DNA from: Eledone cirrhosa
Lineage: Eukaryota
Assembly (NCBI GenBank): GCA_964016885.1
Contig: OZ024755.1
Location: 1,674,001 to 1,738,000, forward strand
DNA length: 64,000 nt
Direction of reading: 5' to 3'
This document shows, in pieces, positions 63,578-64,000 of this stretch. Both the position numbers and the translations under genes were made by a program. Below the pieces are notes generated by a model. That model was not told the DNA's origin. It did not search any database and saw only the letters and a list, made by a program, of their open reading frames with translations. Every line of letters starts with the position of its first letter. Positions within the stretch are counted from its first letter, which is position 1.

Positions 63578-64000
63578 CATCATCATCATCCTCGTTTAAT
63601 AACGTCCACTTTCCATGTATATATATATACATTATATATGTATTTTATATATATATATATATTAGGTTATGCAAGAAATGCTTAGGGTTATCCTAAATGC
63701 AGTAATGGTTAATTACTACACTAGATAGAGTTGTCGTACGGTGAGGGGTTAGTCAATGAGTTATGGAAGAATCGTCGGAAAAATTCAGTTTCTGATCCTT
63801 TTGTATTCCGGAGTGTAGATAAAGAATGAATAATAACAGGTAGACATCATAAAAAGGTAATTTATTCCGAGTGCTTACAAATGTTTCAACAGTAGTTATA
63901 CAGCCTAGCCATGCTATGTGCAATTGATAATTAATAATTATTTGATTGCAGAAACTCAATTTTCAAATGCTGCGACTACCATTTCCTCAGAGCAGAATGG

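Overview
AT-rich, microsatellite- and SINE-dense animal genomic DNA. The repeat landscape (tRNA-derived SINEs with RTE-like (GAT)n tails, RTE LINE ends) suggests an octopus-like cephalopod, which is an inference. Four protein-coding genes are well supported: a PRMT6-like type I arginine methyltransferase (minus strand, CDS in one exon), MCM6 (plus, 2 coding exons, about 830 aa, E2F-site promoter), NRF1/erect wing/P3A2 (plus, 8 coding exons reconstructed, 480 aa) and intronless mitochondrial asparaginyl-tRNA synthetase NARS2 (plus). The first ~24 kb has no recognisable protein-coding gene and is filled with satellites, MITEs, SINEs and fold-back structures. Most long ORFs in the track are artefacts of simple repeats. 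The most notable non-genic signals are a triple nested fold-back at 4.4-4.9 kb, a minimal hammerhead ribozyme at 22.6 kb, a Merlin transposase relic, an orphan CRE-CRE-CCAAT module, NRF1 sites around the NRF1 first exon, a post-SET-like Cys motif on the PRMT, a 99-bp MCM6 3'UTR copy in its own intron, and a possible spliced minus-strand transcript with a 49-aa ORF. I found no demonstrably new multi-gene system; the candidates below are hypotheses. Repeat boundaries were read by eye and are approximate.
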